Below, one piece after another: positions 49,105 to 58,037 of a stretch of DNA of 61,583 bases. A program made the translations under genes and the position numbers. Source of the DNA: a virus (lineage: Duplodnaviria > Caudoviricetes); IMG/VR virus record IMGVR_UViG_3300025085_000018, positions 1 to 61,583 of that record. The stretch is one strand, 5' to 3'. The notes below the pieces were generated by a model, which was given only the letters and a program-made list of their open reading frames with translations, did no database searches and had not been told where the DNA came from. Numbering within the stretch: position 1 is the first letter of the stretch; each line of letters starts with the position of its first letter.

Positions 49105-50072
49105 TACCAAATATCTTCATAATCTTCGTTTTCACCTGCTTTACTGTAGTCAGTTGGCCTAATCGCGAAGAAATCAGTATGAGTGACCCCGCCGGTAAGA
49201 TGATAGAACCAATCAAGATTAGACGCTGCTTCAGTGTCATACGAGAAATACGATCCCAAATCGATATAACCGAGTTCTGCAAGTTTTTCATTTGTTCTTT
49301 TTCTTATAAATTGTTTTAAGTCATTTGCTTTAATGCCTTCAATGTCACCCATTTCAAACATTTTATCAATATAACTTTCTTCTAGTTTAATCATAGTTGA
49401 TGCTGCTTCTGTAACATTATGTCTGCAAGCTTCTAGTAACGTATCGTCTTCTTGACACATTTGTCTAAACAGTTGACAACCCATTTTACTATGCAATGAT
49501 TCATCTCTTACAGACCATTTCATTTGCTGCCCAATTCCTTTGAGTAAATTACGTAGTTGAAAACTATATAACACAGCGAAAGCACTATATAAACTAACAC
49601 CCTCTGCGAAGGCGGAAAATATAGCCAAGCTTGTACCGATGCCGACACTGCTAGTCCCGTCATAAGCAACCAAATTATCAAAACGTCTAGCCGTTGCAGG
49701 TTCGTGTAAAAATGCTTCATAATCTTCTAGTTTTAAAGTTTCGTTTAAATAACTATAAGCCACAGCGTGTACTGTTTCTTGTGAGCCAAACATCATGGCC
49801 ATCTGTCTTATTTCGTGTTTAGGAAACCACGATACGACCTTCTGGGTCCAATAGTCTGAAACAGCGCATTCGGTCTGCGCGAATCCAAGAAGTATGTTCC
49901 CAACGAGGTTTTTTTCTTTTTTGTCAAGTTTTTCATTCCAATCTTTTATATCGCTCTGCATTGAGATTTCAGTATGTAACCAAAATGCTTGAGCTTGTTT
50001 TAACCAGCCTTCTGTGTAATATTCAGGATAATCAAATGGTTTGTACGCTACGCGCTCATCAAACAATCCCAT
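49104..50072 (-). CDS. nrdB: Class I ribonucleotide reductase beta subunit
   Basis: FW, ETVHAVAY, EGVSLYSAF, RDESLH and C-terminal TDFFAIRPTDY. Confidence 0.95.
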   Translation of the reverse strand: MGLFDERVAYKPFDYPEYYTEGWLKQAQAFWLHTEISMQSDIKDWNEKLDKKEKNLVGNILLGFAQTECAVSDYWTQKVVSWFPKHEIRQMAMMFGSQETVHAVAYSYLNETLKLEDYEAFLHEPATARRFDNLVAYDGTSSVGIGTSLAIFSAFAEGVSLYSAFAVLYSFQLRNLLKGIGQQMKWSVRDESLHSKMGCQLFRQMCQEDDTLLEACRHNVTEAASTMIKLEESYIDKMFEMGDIEGIKANDLKQFIRKRTNEKLAELGYIDLGSYFSYDTEAASNLDWFYHLTGGVTHTDFFAIRPTDYSKAGENEDYEDIW

Positions 50073-50218
50073 TACTTAAATATCTCTAAAGCTATGTCTA
50101 TTAAAGGCAAATACAATACGTGAGTTGTTTGTTCGTCTTCCTCATAGGTTCTTATTCCAAGTAATAAACCTGGATAAGTACCCACTGAAAGGCTCCAGTT
50201 TTTTTTAGTTTTTTCCAT
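50072..50218 (-). CDS. Small hypothetical protein (48 aa, not in ORF track)
   Basis: MEKTKKNWSLSVGTYPGLLLGIRTY...; stop overlaps the nrdB ATG. Confidence 0.65.
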   Translation of the reverse strand: MEKTKKNWSLSVGTYPGLLLGIRTYEEDEQTTHVLYLPLIDIALEIFK

Positions 50219-50384
50219 ATACTTTAATATTATATTTATCTTGTTGTTCTACTAATTCTTTAAATTTAATTTTTCCTCTTATATTCCAACTCCATTTACA
50301 CCATTTATCTATCTGACGTTCCGCATACATTTTTCTAGCTAATCGTTTAGCTTGTCTAGGATTAATCTTACTGTCTCGTCGCAT
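50205..50384 (-). CDS. Small hypothetical protein (59 aa, not in ORF track)
   Basis: MRRDSKINPRQAKRLARKMYAERQIDKW...; fills the gap. Confidence 0.55.
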   Translation of the reverse strand: MRRDSKINPRQAKRLARKMYAERQIDKWCKWSWNIRGKIKFKELVEQQDKYNIKVYGKN

Positions 50385-50794
50385 TCTTTTTGATTTTGTG
50401 GTTTGTATAATGTAAAAGGATCTAGTCTTTGATTTGCTATAAGTTTTTTAAACATTTTCCATCTTAAAGGAAAAGACTCATTGGCTCTACCTTTTGTTTC
50501 AATTATAAAATTTTTACCTATAAAATCAGGTGTATATTTTATATTTAAAATCCTTTTGTTACCTCTATTTTTATAATCTCCTTTACCATTACCACATCTT
50601 TCATATGATGCAAAAGGAAAATCAAAAGGTTCCTGTAATTCAAATGTTTTACCTTCGTATAAAGCTTTTATTTTAGCTTTTTTTAAAGCCATATACATAT
50701 AACGTTCTAAACCAGAAGCGAAGTTGATCCCATCATATGAGATCTTCTTCGATTGTACTGGTCCTTTTTTTCTTTTATAAGATTTCTTCCTCAT
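50339..50794 (-). CDS. PD-(D/E)XK endonuclease, T7 endonuclease I / resolvase-like
   Basis: FASGLE...YE...YTPDF...IIETKG. Confidence 0.8.
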   Translation of the reverse strand: MRKKSYKRKKGPVQSKKISYDGINFASGLERYMYMALKKAKIKALYEGKTFELQEPFDFPFASYERCGNGKGDYKNRGNKRILNIKYTPDFIGKNFIIETKGRANESFPLRWKMFKKLIANQRLDPFTLYKPQNQKECDETVRLILDKLND

Positions 50795-51071
50795 TTATTT
50801 CTATATTATAAAGCCCTGTTTCAAGACTTTCAGATCTTTTAAGCATAACCTCTTCAACCTCATCTTGCAAACATCTTCTAGCTGCTTCTATATAAAGTAA
50901 AGCATCCATTAATTCTTCTTGCACATCAATTAAAAAACGATCTAGGTTTTTTTCTTGACCTTCAATTTCTTGCATCATGGTAGCGCCATACTTTTTTTGA
51001 CCTATTAAACTACGTTCGTCCATCTTCCTTAGTACTTGTTGTACTATCTTGTCTTCTGTTTTAATCTGCAT
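50775..51071 (-). CDS. All-alpha (MazG-superfamily-like) nucleotide pyrophosphatase-like protein
   Basis: R...GQKKYG...QEELMDALLY acidic helix motif. Confidence 0.55.
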   Translation of the reverse strand: MQIKTEDKIVQQVLRKMDERSLIGQKKYGATMMQEIEGQEKNLDRFLIDVQEELMDALLYIEAARRCLQDEVEEVMLKRSESLETGLYNIEINEEEIL

Positions 51072-51870
51072 CTTTTACAAATGTTCCGTTAATCATTTTA
51101 CCTGTTCTTGCTGCTATAACTTTGTAAGCTTCATCAATACAATATTCTATATCGTATCCTTGTAGATGAGCTAAGTTTGTAAGTACTACAACCATATCAC
51201 CTATTGCGTCTACAATCTCTGGTTGATCATTTTTAAGTAATGCTTTAGCTAGCTCACCAGCTTCTTCTTGTAACTTTACAAATTGAGTATGTGAATTACC
51301 TTCACTGTATAAGCCTCTTGTTGCTGCCCAATCTCTAATAAGATCAAATCTTTCATCTGTCTTTGAAACTGTACCTGCTTCGTTATTAGCCATCATAACT
51401 AATATATCTATATCTGCTGAATCTTTAGGATTAAAAAATGCTTCATAAAAAGCTTTATTATAAATGTAAGATCTATCGTTGTTAAACATAGATGTTTTAA
51501 CATTTTGCATTATCCAAGGTATATTTTTTGTTGTTAACTCAAATGTACCAAACTGTGGATGCTTCCACTTTAAACCTACGTTATCCATTAATCTGCCTTT
51601 TAATTTGTTTACAGGTAGAGGAAACGTTGTTGTTTGTTCTGTTATATTTATTTTCATTTTATTAAATAGTTTTTTATAAGGTTTTATATCTACTTTATAG
51701 CCGTAAGACTTTTGAAGTTCTATTTCACGGTCTGATATATAATTTACATCGTCTGACTGTTCAAGAACTTCATACTCACCCTCCTTATAGCCTTGCATAA
51801 GGGTTACTCTGTTATTAAGATTACGTGTAACACCAATCTTTTTACCTGGTATGTGGTATATATAATACAT
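51061..51870 (-). CDS. GIY-YIG-like N-terminus fused to MazG-like NTP pyrophosphatase
   Basis: N-terminal YYIYHI...KIGVT...R...E; C-terminal KLQEEAGEL...EIVDAIGD...R.GKMINGTFVK. Confidence 0.75.
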   Translation of the reverse strand: MYYIYHIPGKKIGVTRNLNNRVTLMQGYKEGEYEVLEQSDDVNYISDREIELQKSYGYKVDIKPYKKLFNKMKINITEQTTTFPLPVNKLKGRLMDNVGLKWKHPQFGTFELTTKNIPWIMQNVKTSMFNNDRSYIYNKAFYEAFFNPKDSADIDILVMMANNEAGTVSKTDERFDLIRDWAATRGLYSEGNSHTQFVKLQEEAGELAKALLKNDQPEIVDAIGDMVVVLTNLAHLQGYDIEYCIDEAYKVIAARTGKMINGTFVKDAD

Positions 51871-51878
51871 ATTTTATT

Positions 51879-52520
51879 TTAAAGTTTATTGTTATACAAA
51901 TGCATGTTGTGTGCATGATGGTAATACCATCCGACGTCCATAGACAGTCTGTCTGCAATCATTTTTTGTAATGATGAAAATTGATACTGATCATTACAGA
52001 AACCGTACCAGATGTCATTAGAACGCATATAAACAGACATACATAATTTATTATTAATTATTGTAAATTGTACAGCATATGTACACGGAGTATCTTTACT
52101 ATATTTATCATACTCTTTACAATCATATATACTTATAGCCGCGTGTCTAGTATCAGGATTATCTTTTAACTTAGCTATGACATAATCAATTTGATTATTA
52201 CGTTGCCATTGATAACCGTAGTTACTATTAACATTACCATCACTATCAGCCATACGTTCCCATATTGGTGGTATCTTACCATATAGTTGACCTAGCTTAA
52301 TTATGTTAGGGTCACCTGACAAATACCATTGCCATTCAGCTTCAGCATATTCAAGACTCCATTTACGTTCTCTATTTTTAATATGATTGTCTAATGGATC
52401 TTCTATAGTAAAGCCTACGTTGAATAATGCTTTAGTATCACCGAAGTCTATGCCTTCAACTCGTAGTTCATGTAATATACAGTTGAACGCTTCGTTTGCA
52501 TGTAAAAATTTAGTTCGCAT
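51879..52520 (-). CDS. Thymidylate-synthase-fold enzyme, dCMP hydroxymethylase-like (T4 gp42 type)
   Basis: NSNYG, catalytic PCT, MRSNDIWYGFCND with Asp at the ThyA-Asn177 specificity position, NMHLY; start moved to 52520. Confidence 0.8.
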   Translation of the reverse strand: MRTKFLHANEAFNCILHELRVEGIDFGDTKALFNVGFTIEDPLDNHIKNRERKWSLEYAEAEWQWYLSGDPNIIKLGQLYGKIPPIWERMADSDGNVNSNYGYQWQRNNQIDYVIAKLKDNPDTRHAAISIYDCKEYDKYSKDTPCTYAVQFTIINNKLCMSVYMRSNDIWYGFCNDQYQFSSLQKMIADRLSMDVGWYYHHAHNMHLYNNKL

Positions 52521-52752
52521 ATTTTTTATAATAATATTTATAATAGTTAAATATAGTCGGCCATATCTCTCTTGGATCAAAATATTTAGGCGACCTGTTT
52601 ATTTTCTTGTTTATTTCTACATCTATATACCATGAAGTAAAGTTTTCTTTACAAAATGGAGATATATAAATGCCATTGTTAATACACCAACGATAAGCTT
52701 TAAACTCTTCAGGTGTATATTGATAACCAGTTGACTTCTTTTTTACTCCCAT
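52510..52752 (-). CDS. Hypothetical protein
   Basis: Overlap-coupled ORF between helicase and hydroxymethylase. Confidence 0.65.
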   Translation of the reverse strand: MGVKKKSTGYQYTPEEFKAYRWCINNGIYISPFCKENFTSWYIDVEINKKINRSPKYFDPREIWPTIFNYYKYYYKKYAN

Positions 52753-54461
52753 GGCATTGGTTCATCATTTATAGCTATAGGCTCATGAGGTATAAAACAA
52801 CCTGACTTTGGCTCCCATTTAAAATGAGCTTCAGCACCGTTCTCACCAAGGTTTTGAAACTTAACTTTAAGAACTTTAGCTTTAACAGTCTTAGCTTCGT
52901 AATCTCTGTGAACTAATATACCGTGATAACTAGCATCGTACCATTCACCACCACCTTTAATATTGTACATTGTAGGTTCTTCAATCTTACCATCTTGTGT
53001 CTTATACATTTTAGTAGGGTGAGCTACAATAAATACTAGTACGTCATATTTTTTAGCAAATATTTCTATCTTAGTTAAATATTCCATAGTATATCTATTA
53101 ACGTCTTCAGTCCTACAGTCTACGTCTCTAACCTTATTATAAGGATCGATAACTAAACATTTAATACCTTTACGTTTTACTAGCTCAGCACCTTTACGTA
53201 ATACAGACTCTAATGTGTAACGTTCCATATCAATATGAAAGTAATTAGTATTGCAATGATCTGCAACTTGGTTCCATTTATCACCGTGTATATCAGCTGC
53301 TGTTGGCATACCCTCCCATGTTTTACGCATTAATTTATGTGCGTGTAAATATGTAGGTTGATTCTCTGGTGATGCAAAAGCTGTTTTCCAGCCATAGTTA
53401 CGATTGTAACCTACAACCATTTGGTCAACAAAATCAGACTTACCACTACTAGGTATCCCAGTAACAGTAATAAACTGGCCGGTATATGTAGAAAAAATAT
53501 CGTCAAAGTTTTGTAAGCCAATTTGATATCCTTTCTTAAAACCATTGCGAACAAAATCCGTAACCTCGTCCTCAATATCTTTAAATGTTGTAACGTTTTC
53601 AAGCGGCACGGGCCTTGCTCCGGTAATACGCTCTTGTAATTTTTCTTTGCCATATGTTATTAAGTATTCGTTAGCATCTTTACAGTCATCAAACGACGCT
53701 AGGTAACAAACTTCAGCTCCAAGCCTACGGACTAATTCTGATTGTAATGCTTGCCCTGCTTCATCTGAGTCAACTGCTAGTATTATTTTTTCTTTGTCTT
53801 CAAAGTAATCTATACAGTTATCAAGATAATCTAAGTTATTACTATTTAACGTAGCTCCATTAGGAACTGATATCGCGTTTTTAATACCAGCTTCATGTAA
53901 AGCTAATACATCCATTTCTCCTTCGGTTATAACACAAGTGTCATAGCCTACTATACTGTTTATATTATAAAATACTTTTTCAGCGCCTTTATATAGTTTA
54001 AAGTTTTTTCTACCGTCTCTATATTTAATGTTAATAAGCTGATCACCCATTATATAATTAAACTGAATTGTATTCTCAGGCTTGCCAGTTTGAGGCATAT
54101 ATTCAGAACCTTCTGTTACACATAAGTCATCTAAGGTTTTCTGTGATATACCTCTTGTTTTAAACCATTCATATACTTTAGATCCTAACTGTTCAGGATC
54201 TGCCACGTGTAACGCGTTGGGCCTAACGTATTCTTTTTCGCTAGCGCCCTTGCGTTGATATGTATGTAATTGAAATGATGTATCACAATTGTGACAAGTA
54301 CCGAGACCCCGTTCCCAATCGTAAGACGCGCATTTTGCCTTTCGATTCTTGGGTTTTCTATCGTGAGAACACAAAGGGCATATACCCTGCTTTTTTCCCT
54401 CTTCAAGCTTATATTGATTGAAATCATCAATCAAGAATCCATTGATCTCTGTTGTCTGCAT
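52743..54461 (-). CDS. Primase-helicase (T7 gp4 / Twinkle-like)
   Basis: Zn finger CPLC...CHNC, TOPRIM EGEMD and DSDEAG, Walker A GIPSSGKS, Walker B LVIDP. Confidence 0.95.
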   Translation of the reverse strand: MQTTEINGFLIDDFNQYKLEEGKKQGICPLCSHDRKPKNRKAKCASYDWERGLGTCHNCDTSFQLHTYQRKGASEKEYVRPNALHVADPEQLGSKVYEWFKTRGISQKTLDDLCVTEGSEYMPQTGKPENTIQFNYIMGDQLINIKYRDGRKNFKLYKGAEKVFYNINSIVGYDTCVITEGEMDVLALHEAGIKNAISVPNGATLNSNNLDYLDNCIDYFEDKEKIILAVDSDEAGQALQSELVRRLGAEVCYLASFDDCKDANEYLITYGKEKLQERITGARPVPLENVTTFKDIEDEVTDFVRNGFKKGYQIGLQNFDDIFSTYTGQFITVTGIPSSGKSDFVDQMVVGYNRNYGWKTAFASPENQPTYLHAHKLMRKTWEGMPTAADIHGDKWNQVADHCNTNYFHIDMERYTLESVLRKGAELVKRKGIKCLVIDPYNKVRDVDCRTEDVNRYTMEYLTKIEIFAKKYDVLVFIVAHPTKMYKTQDGKIEEPTMYNIKGGGEWYDASYHGILVHRDYEAKTVKAKVLKVKFQNLGENGAEAHFKWEPKSGCFIPHEPIAINDEPMPWE

Positions 54462-54479
54462 TTAATTTAATTTAATTTA

Positions 54480-54566
54480 TTATTCCTCGTCCCTACAGTC
54501 TGGGCATATATCACAAAATAGATATTCATCTAGTGTCATGCCTTCTCCACATATTTCACACTCCAT
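54480..54566 (-). CDS. Micro zinc-finger protein (28 aa, not in ORF track)
   Basis: MECEICGEGMTLDEYLFCDICPDCRDEE; start coupled to the SSB stop. Confidence 0.65.
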   Translation of the reverse strand: MECEICGEGMTLDEYLFCDICPDCRDEE

Positions 54567-54874
54567 TAAAACGGTAGGTCATCAGCTGGAGCAGCCGCTT
54601 GAGCAACTTGCTGAGGCTGATCTTGTCTTGGTGCTGCAGCCACGTTGTCACCGTTAGTCCATACTACTTGTACGTTACCTAAATAAACCTTAGGTGTTTT
54701 AGTTTCTCTTTCTTCTTTAGACTGAGCTACAACTATAGGTCCTTGGTTTCCGAACTGATCAGGCTCGTCGTTTACTGTAATTGTTATAGGTAGGTATTTA
54801 CCTTTTTTACCTTCTATGATCTTTGTTTTATCAATGTTATTTAAATTGATACTTGCTTTAATAATACTTGCCAT
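54566..54874 (-). CDS. Single-stranded DNA-binding protein (Bacteroidota phage type)
   Basis: GKKGKYL...DQFGN...YLGN and acidic C-terminal DDLPF tail. Confidence 0.8.
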   Translation of the reverse strand: MASIIKASINLNNIDKTKIIEGKKGKYLPITITVNDEPDQFGNQGPIVVAQSKEERETKTPKVYLGNVQVVWTNGDNVAAAPRQDQPQQVAQAAAPADDLPF

Positions 54875-54876
54875 AA

Positions 54877-55608
54877 TTATAATGTTTTGTTAATAAAATA
54901 TTGAGATGGATCAAAGCCTTCAGACTTGTAAAATAATTCATAAGCCTGTACCGCTCTTTCAACTTTGTCTCTACCTCTTTCATAAAAATCTGTTGAGCAG
55001 TCAAAAATACCTATTTGACCTGTATTTTTGTCTATAGCTATAAATATCATTTCATAGCCAAATAGTTTACTATAAATATAAGCTTGACTGTCATAATTGT
55101 ACTTAGAAGCTGACCATTTAAACTTCTGAAGATCTGCTGTCGTTTTTAAATCGATAATCAGTTTTTCATCATGGTTTACAATATCAGCTTTACCTTTCCA
55201 TTTATGTCCTTCTAGCTCTGTAATGCCTGGTCTTTCATATTCTACATTACCAAGTCTAATCAGTTCTTCACATACTTTATTAGACATCATTTTGTCTGTT
55301 AATTTTTCTATGTTATCAACCTCATGTTGTAGTAAGCATAATTCTCCTCCGGACATCTCCTTATAAGCCTTAGTATTTCTAGTTGTTGCTTCTATTATCT
55401 TAAACTTTTTAAGCTTGTCTGGCTCAAGTATAGCTGTATGAAAATATCCGCCTACTAAAAATGCTGGTCTAGCCTCTGAAGCTTTACCAAGGTTTAAAGG
55501 GTTTGTAAGTAAAGTAGAGATATCAGAATTACTAAGGTACTTTTTACCAAAATCACCGTAGTAGTGTTCATCTGATTCTAACTTTTTTAATACATCTTCT
55601 TTTTTCAT
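54877..55608 (-). CDS. RecE / exonuclease VIII-like PD-(D/E)XK exonuclease
   Basis: LSNSDI, GGYFHTAILEP, KGKAD, IIDLKTT, YDSQAYIY. Confidence 0.85.
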   Translation of the reverse strand: MKKEDVLKKLESDEHYYGDFGKKYLSNSDISTLLTNPLNLGKASEARPAFLVGGYFHTAILEPDKLKKFKIIEATTRNTKAYKEMSGGELCLLQHEVDNIEKLTDKMMSNKVCEELIRLGNVEYERPGITELEGHKWKGKADIVNHDEKLIIDLKTTADLQKFKWSASKYNYDSQAYIYSKLFGYEMIFIAIDKNTGQIGIFDCSTDFYERGRDKVERAVQAYELFYKSEGFDPSQYFINKTL

Positions 55609-56162
55609 TATAGTGTTGTTAATTGTTGTTCTACCTCTTGTGATAGACTATATTTGGCTTTAATAGCCGCTACTTTACCGCCTGCTTTTACATAATCCTT
55701 TGCTTTAGCAAATGCTGGATCTTTAGTTGAGGTTAAAGTTGGTTTGTTTGTTTTTGGTACAAATTTCTTTTTACCGTGATCATTTGTAGCGTCACTATCA
55801 GCTGTATCATCAATCAAGAATAAATTACCTAACGCATACTTTTTTGCATAAGAAGACGCTGAACCAAATTGCTGAGGTACGTTCATACCTTTTTGGTTTA
55901 AGTCAACACCTACAATAGCTGTAGCGCTTATACTGTTTTCACCATCACTTACGTTTGCAGTAGACTGCATCATAGGTAATGGATCAACACTGATAATTTC
56001 TTCATTGATCGTTACTGATACTCCTAACTCTAATAGAAAGGGTTTAGTTGCTTCTAGGATGTCTTCGGCTGATCTGAAGTTATACTTGCCGAAGGAGTTA
56101 AATCTACTTTTCTTCGATTTAAACTTTGTTTGGATTGTCGCTAATTTTTCGTTTATGTTCAT
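55608..56162 (-). CDS. ERF-family ssDNA annealing protein
   Basis: FGKYNFRSAEDIL, QQFGSASSYAKKYALGNLFLIDD..DSD. Confidence 0.9.
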   Translation of the reverse strand: MNINEKLATIQTKFKSKKSRFNSFGKYNFRSAEDILEATKPFLLELGVSVTINEEIISVDPLPMMQSTANVSDGENSISATAIVGVDLNQKGMNVPQQFGSASSYAKKYALGNLFLIDDTADSDATNDHGKKKFVPKTNKPTLTSTKDPAFAKAKDYVKAGGKVAAIKAKYSLSQEVEQQLTTL

Positions 56163-56227
56163 TCGTTTGTTTTTAAAATTGCTTATTTATATAATTACAT
56201 ATTTAATTACTGTTTTACACAGGTAAA

Positions 56228-56983
56228 CTAAAGATAATCAAGCACTTGCGAGTGATCTACATTATCTATTAATTTTTGTACAGCTTGCTTTTTTAGCTCA
56301 GATACACGTACATAATCACTAACACCTACTATGTTTAATTCTTTAGCTATTGCTTTTGCTGAATACTTATCACAGTCTAAACCGTAAGACATTCTTAACA
56401 CTTCATATTCATTGTGAGTTAAATGCTTCTGCATAAGACTCTTTAAATACAAGTTCATTAACTGTATGTTATAAGGTTCTGACTTATCTGCTATTTGATA
56501 CATCATATTTTCTTCATCATCATTTGTAACTTGTGCATCTATTGATAAAAATATACTATTGAAAAATATTTCTACCATCTTTTTATCTTTAGGATTTTTA
56601 CGCATGTTATTAAGCTGATGCTCAGGTATTCTCATATCACCTCTATTTCTGTCTATTGCTCTACGTATAGCTCCTTTAATTCTTTTAGATAAAAAAGATT
56701 TTAATGTTTTTTCTATGTCTTCTGATTCACCTAACATATTCCAATCTATTTTATCAACAGCTTTTGTTAATCCTGAACAACCTTCTTGTATTATATCGTT
56801 TATACTCATAACACCTGAAGCTTGCTGTGTTGTTGAAAACTTACGGCCTAGGTTTTCTACCAAAGGCATAAATTTTATTATAAGTTCTTTTCGTGTATAT
56901 TTATCATAAGGTTTATCATCGGGCATAGACTTCTTAACATCTTCCTTATATCTTATATAGTTTTGTACGTTATATTTCTTCAT
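56228..56983 (-). CDS. Sigma-70 family RNA polymerase sigma factor
   Basis: Region 2 LVENL...DIIQEG..GL.KAVDK...IKGAIRRAID...RIP; region 4 LTHNEYEVLRMSYGL...IAKELN...RVSELKKQAVQKL. Confidence 0.9.
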   Translation of the reverse strand: MKKYNVQNYIRYKEDVKKSMPDDKPYDKYTRKELIIKFMPLVENLGRKFSTTQQASGVMSINDIIQEGCSGLTKAVDKIDWNMLGESEDIEKTLKSFLSKRIKGAIRRAIDRNRGDMRIPEHQLNNMRKNPKDKKMVEIFFNSIFLSIDAQVTNDDEENMMYQIADKSEPYNIQLMNLYLKSLMQKHLTHNEYEVLRMSYGLDCDKYSAKAIAKELNIVGVSDYVRVSELKKQAVQKLIDNVDHSQVLDYL

Positions 56984-57584
56984 TTAATATTTGTTTTTCA
57001 TTTCTTAAAATATTGTTTAAATTACGTTGTACAGTTCTTGTAGAACAATTTAATAGCCCTGCAACTCTACCCCATGTTATATTTTTACCTGTTTCGTTTA
57101 AATCTAACATGCATTGATATATGTTTTCTTCATCAACTCTACTAGATCTACCTATTAGCTTACCTACGATACTCATTTTCTCACTAGGTGTTAAACCGCT
57201 ATAGTCTTTAAATATTATTTTACGTTTCTTATTTACAGGAGGTTCACCACCTATAACAAATACATCATCTATCATCTGTTGTAATTTTTTATCACTAATA
57301 AAAAACGTAACAAATCCATTGTTTTTATCTGCTATAAATTCATATACATGTGAAGGTAGTAAACCATTGTCCTGATTTAAATAATATAATACTAAGAAAT
57401 GCCACTTTAAAGATCTATAAGTTGTGATCTTTGCTTTACTTCGAAACAAGTGATAACATTCGTATGTACCATTTTCATAGTACTTATACAAAGCGGTTTC
57501 TTCAGTTGGTTTATCGTTAATAGGATCTTGTCGATACCTTATTTTACGATCATTCAACCATTTCATGTTTCTATCTTGTGACAT
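56970..57584 (-). CDS. DNA-binding protein with C-terminal HTH (possible replication initiator)
   Basis: C-terminal ITWGRVAGLLNCSTRTVQRN HTH; helical middle domain reminiscent of PriCT/replicase proteins (weak). Confidence 0.55.
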   Translation of the reverse strand: MSQDRNMKWLNDRKIRYRQDPINDKPTEETALYKYYENGTYECYHLFRSKAKITTYRSLKWHFLVLYYLNQDNGLLPSHVYEFIADKNNGFVTFFISDKKLQQMIDDVFVIGGEPPVNKKRKIIFKDYSGLTPSEKMSIVGKLIGRSSRVDEENIYQCMLDLNETGKNITWGRVAGLLNCSTRTVQRNLNNILRNEKQILNEEI

Positions 57585-57706
57585 TAGCCTCTTACTTTAT
57601 TATCTTTACGGGCTTTTGTCACCCTTGGTTTTCTAAAATTTTTAATTTTATCTTGTATACCAAATAAATTGGTACTAATTAAATGTATTGCTTGTTTTCT
57701 ACTCAT
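57584..57706 (-). CDS. Small basic hypothetical protein (40 aa)
   Basis: MSRKQAIHLISTNLFG...; overlaps both neighbours. Confidence 0.5.
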   Translation of the reverse strand: MSRKQAIHLISTNLFGIQDKIKNFRKPRVTKARKDNKVRG

Positions 57707-58037
57707 TTATAATTGTTATTTTAACGTTATTCCATTTGCCTCCTTTTACGTCTTTATTCACAAGGAAGTCTATTCTTTTTTTCCATCTTTTATTCATACG
57801 GTCTTCAACAGTCCATTCACCACTCAACTGTCCTGCTCCTTCAACACAAACTTTAGTTCCAAACACAAACCCGTGTTTTTCTAGATCCCTAGATACCGCT
57901 ATCCAGCGATGTCCTTGAGGATTAGCTTCATTAATTGTTTTTAATGATGCTGTAGTTAAATAATCTGCGTTTGTTTGAGCAGGATCAGCATGGTATATGG
58001 TTGCTACTACCGTCATGTATAGCATAAATAATTTCAT
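57699..58037 (-). CDS. 3D-domain (MltA-like) cell-wall hydrolase-like protein
   Basis: ATIYH...TAS...IAVSRDL...GTKV.VEG...VEDRM...RIDFL. Confidence 0.75.
   Translation of the reverse strand: MKLFMLYMTVVATIYHADPAQTNADYLTTASLKTINEANPQGHRWIAVSRDLEKHGFVFGTKVCVEGAGQLSGEWTVEDRMNKRWKKRIDFLVNKDVKGGKWNNVKITIINE

Noticed and set aside
51879-52520. Plain thymidylate synthase (thyA) annotation
   Set aside because: Asp replaces the dUMP-specifying Asn and the motifs match the gp42 type better.
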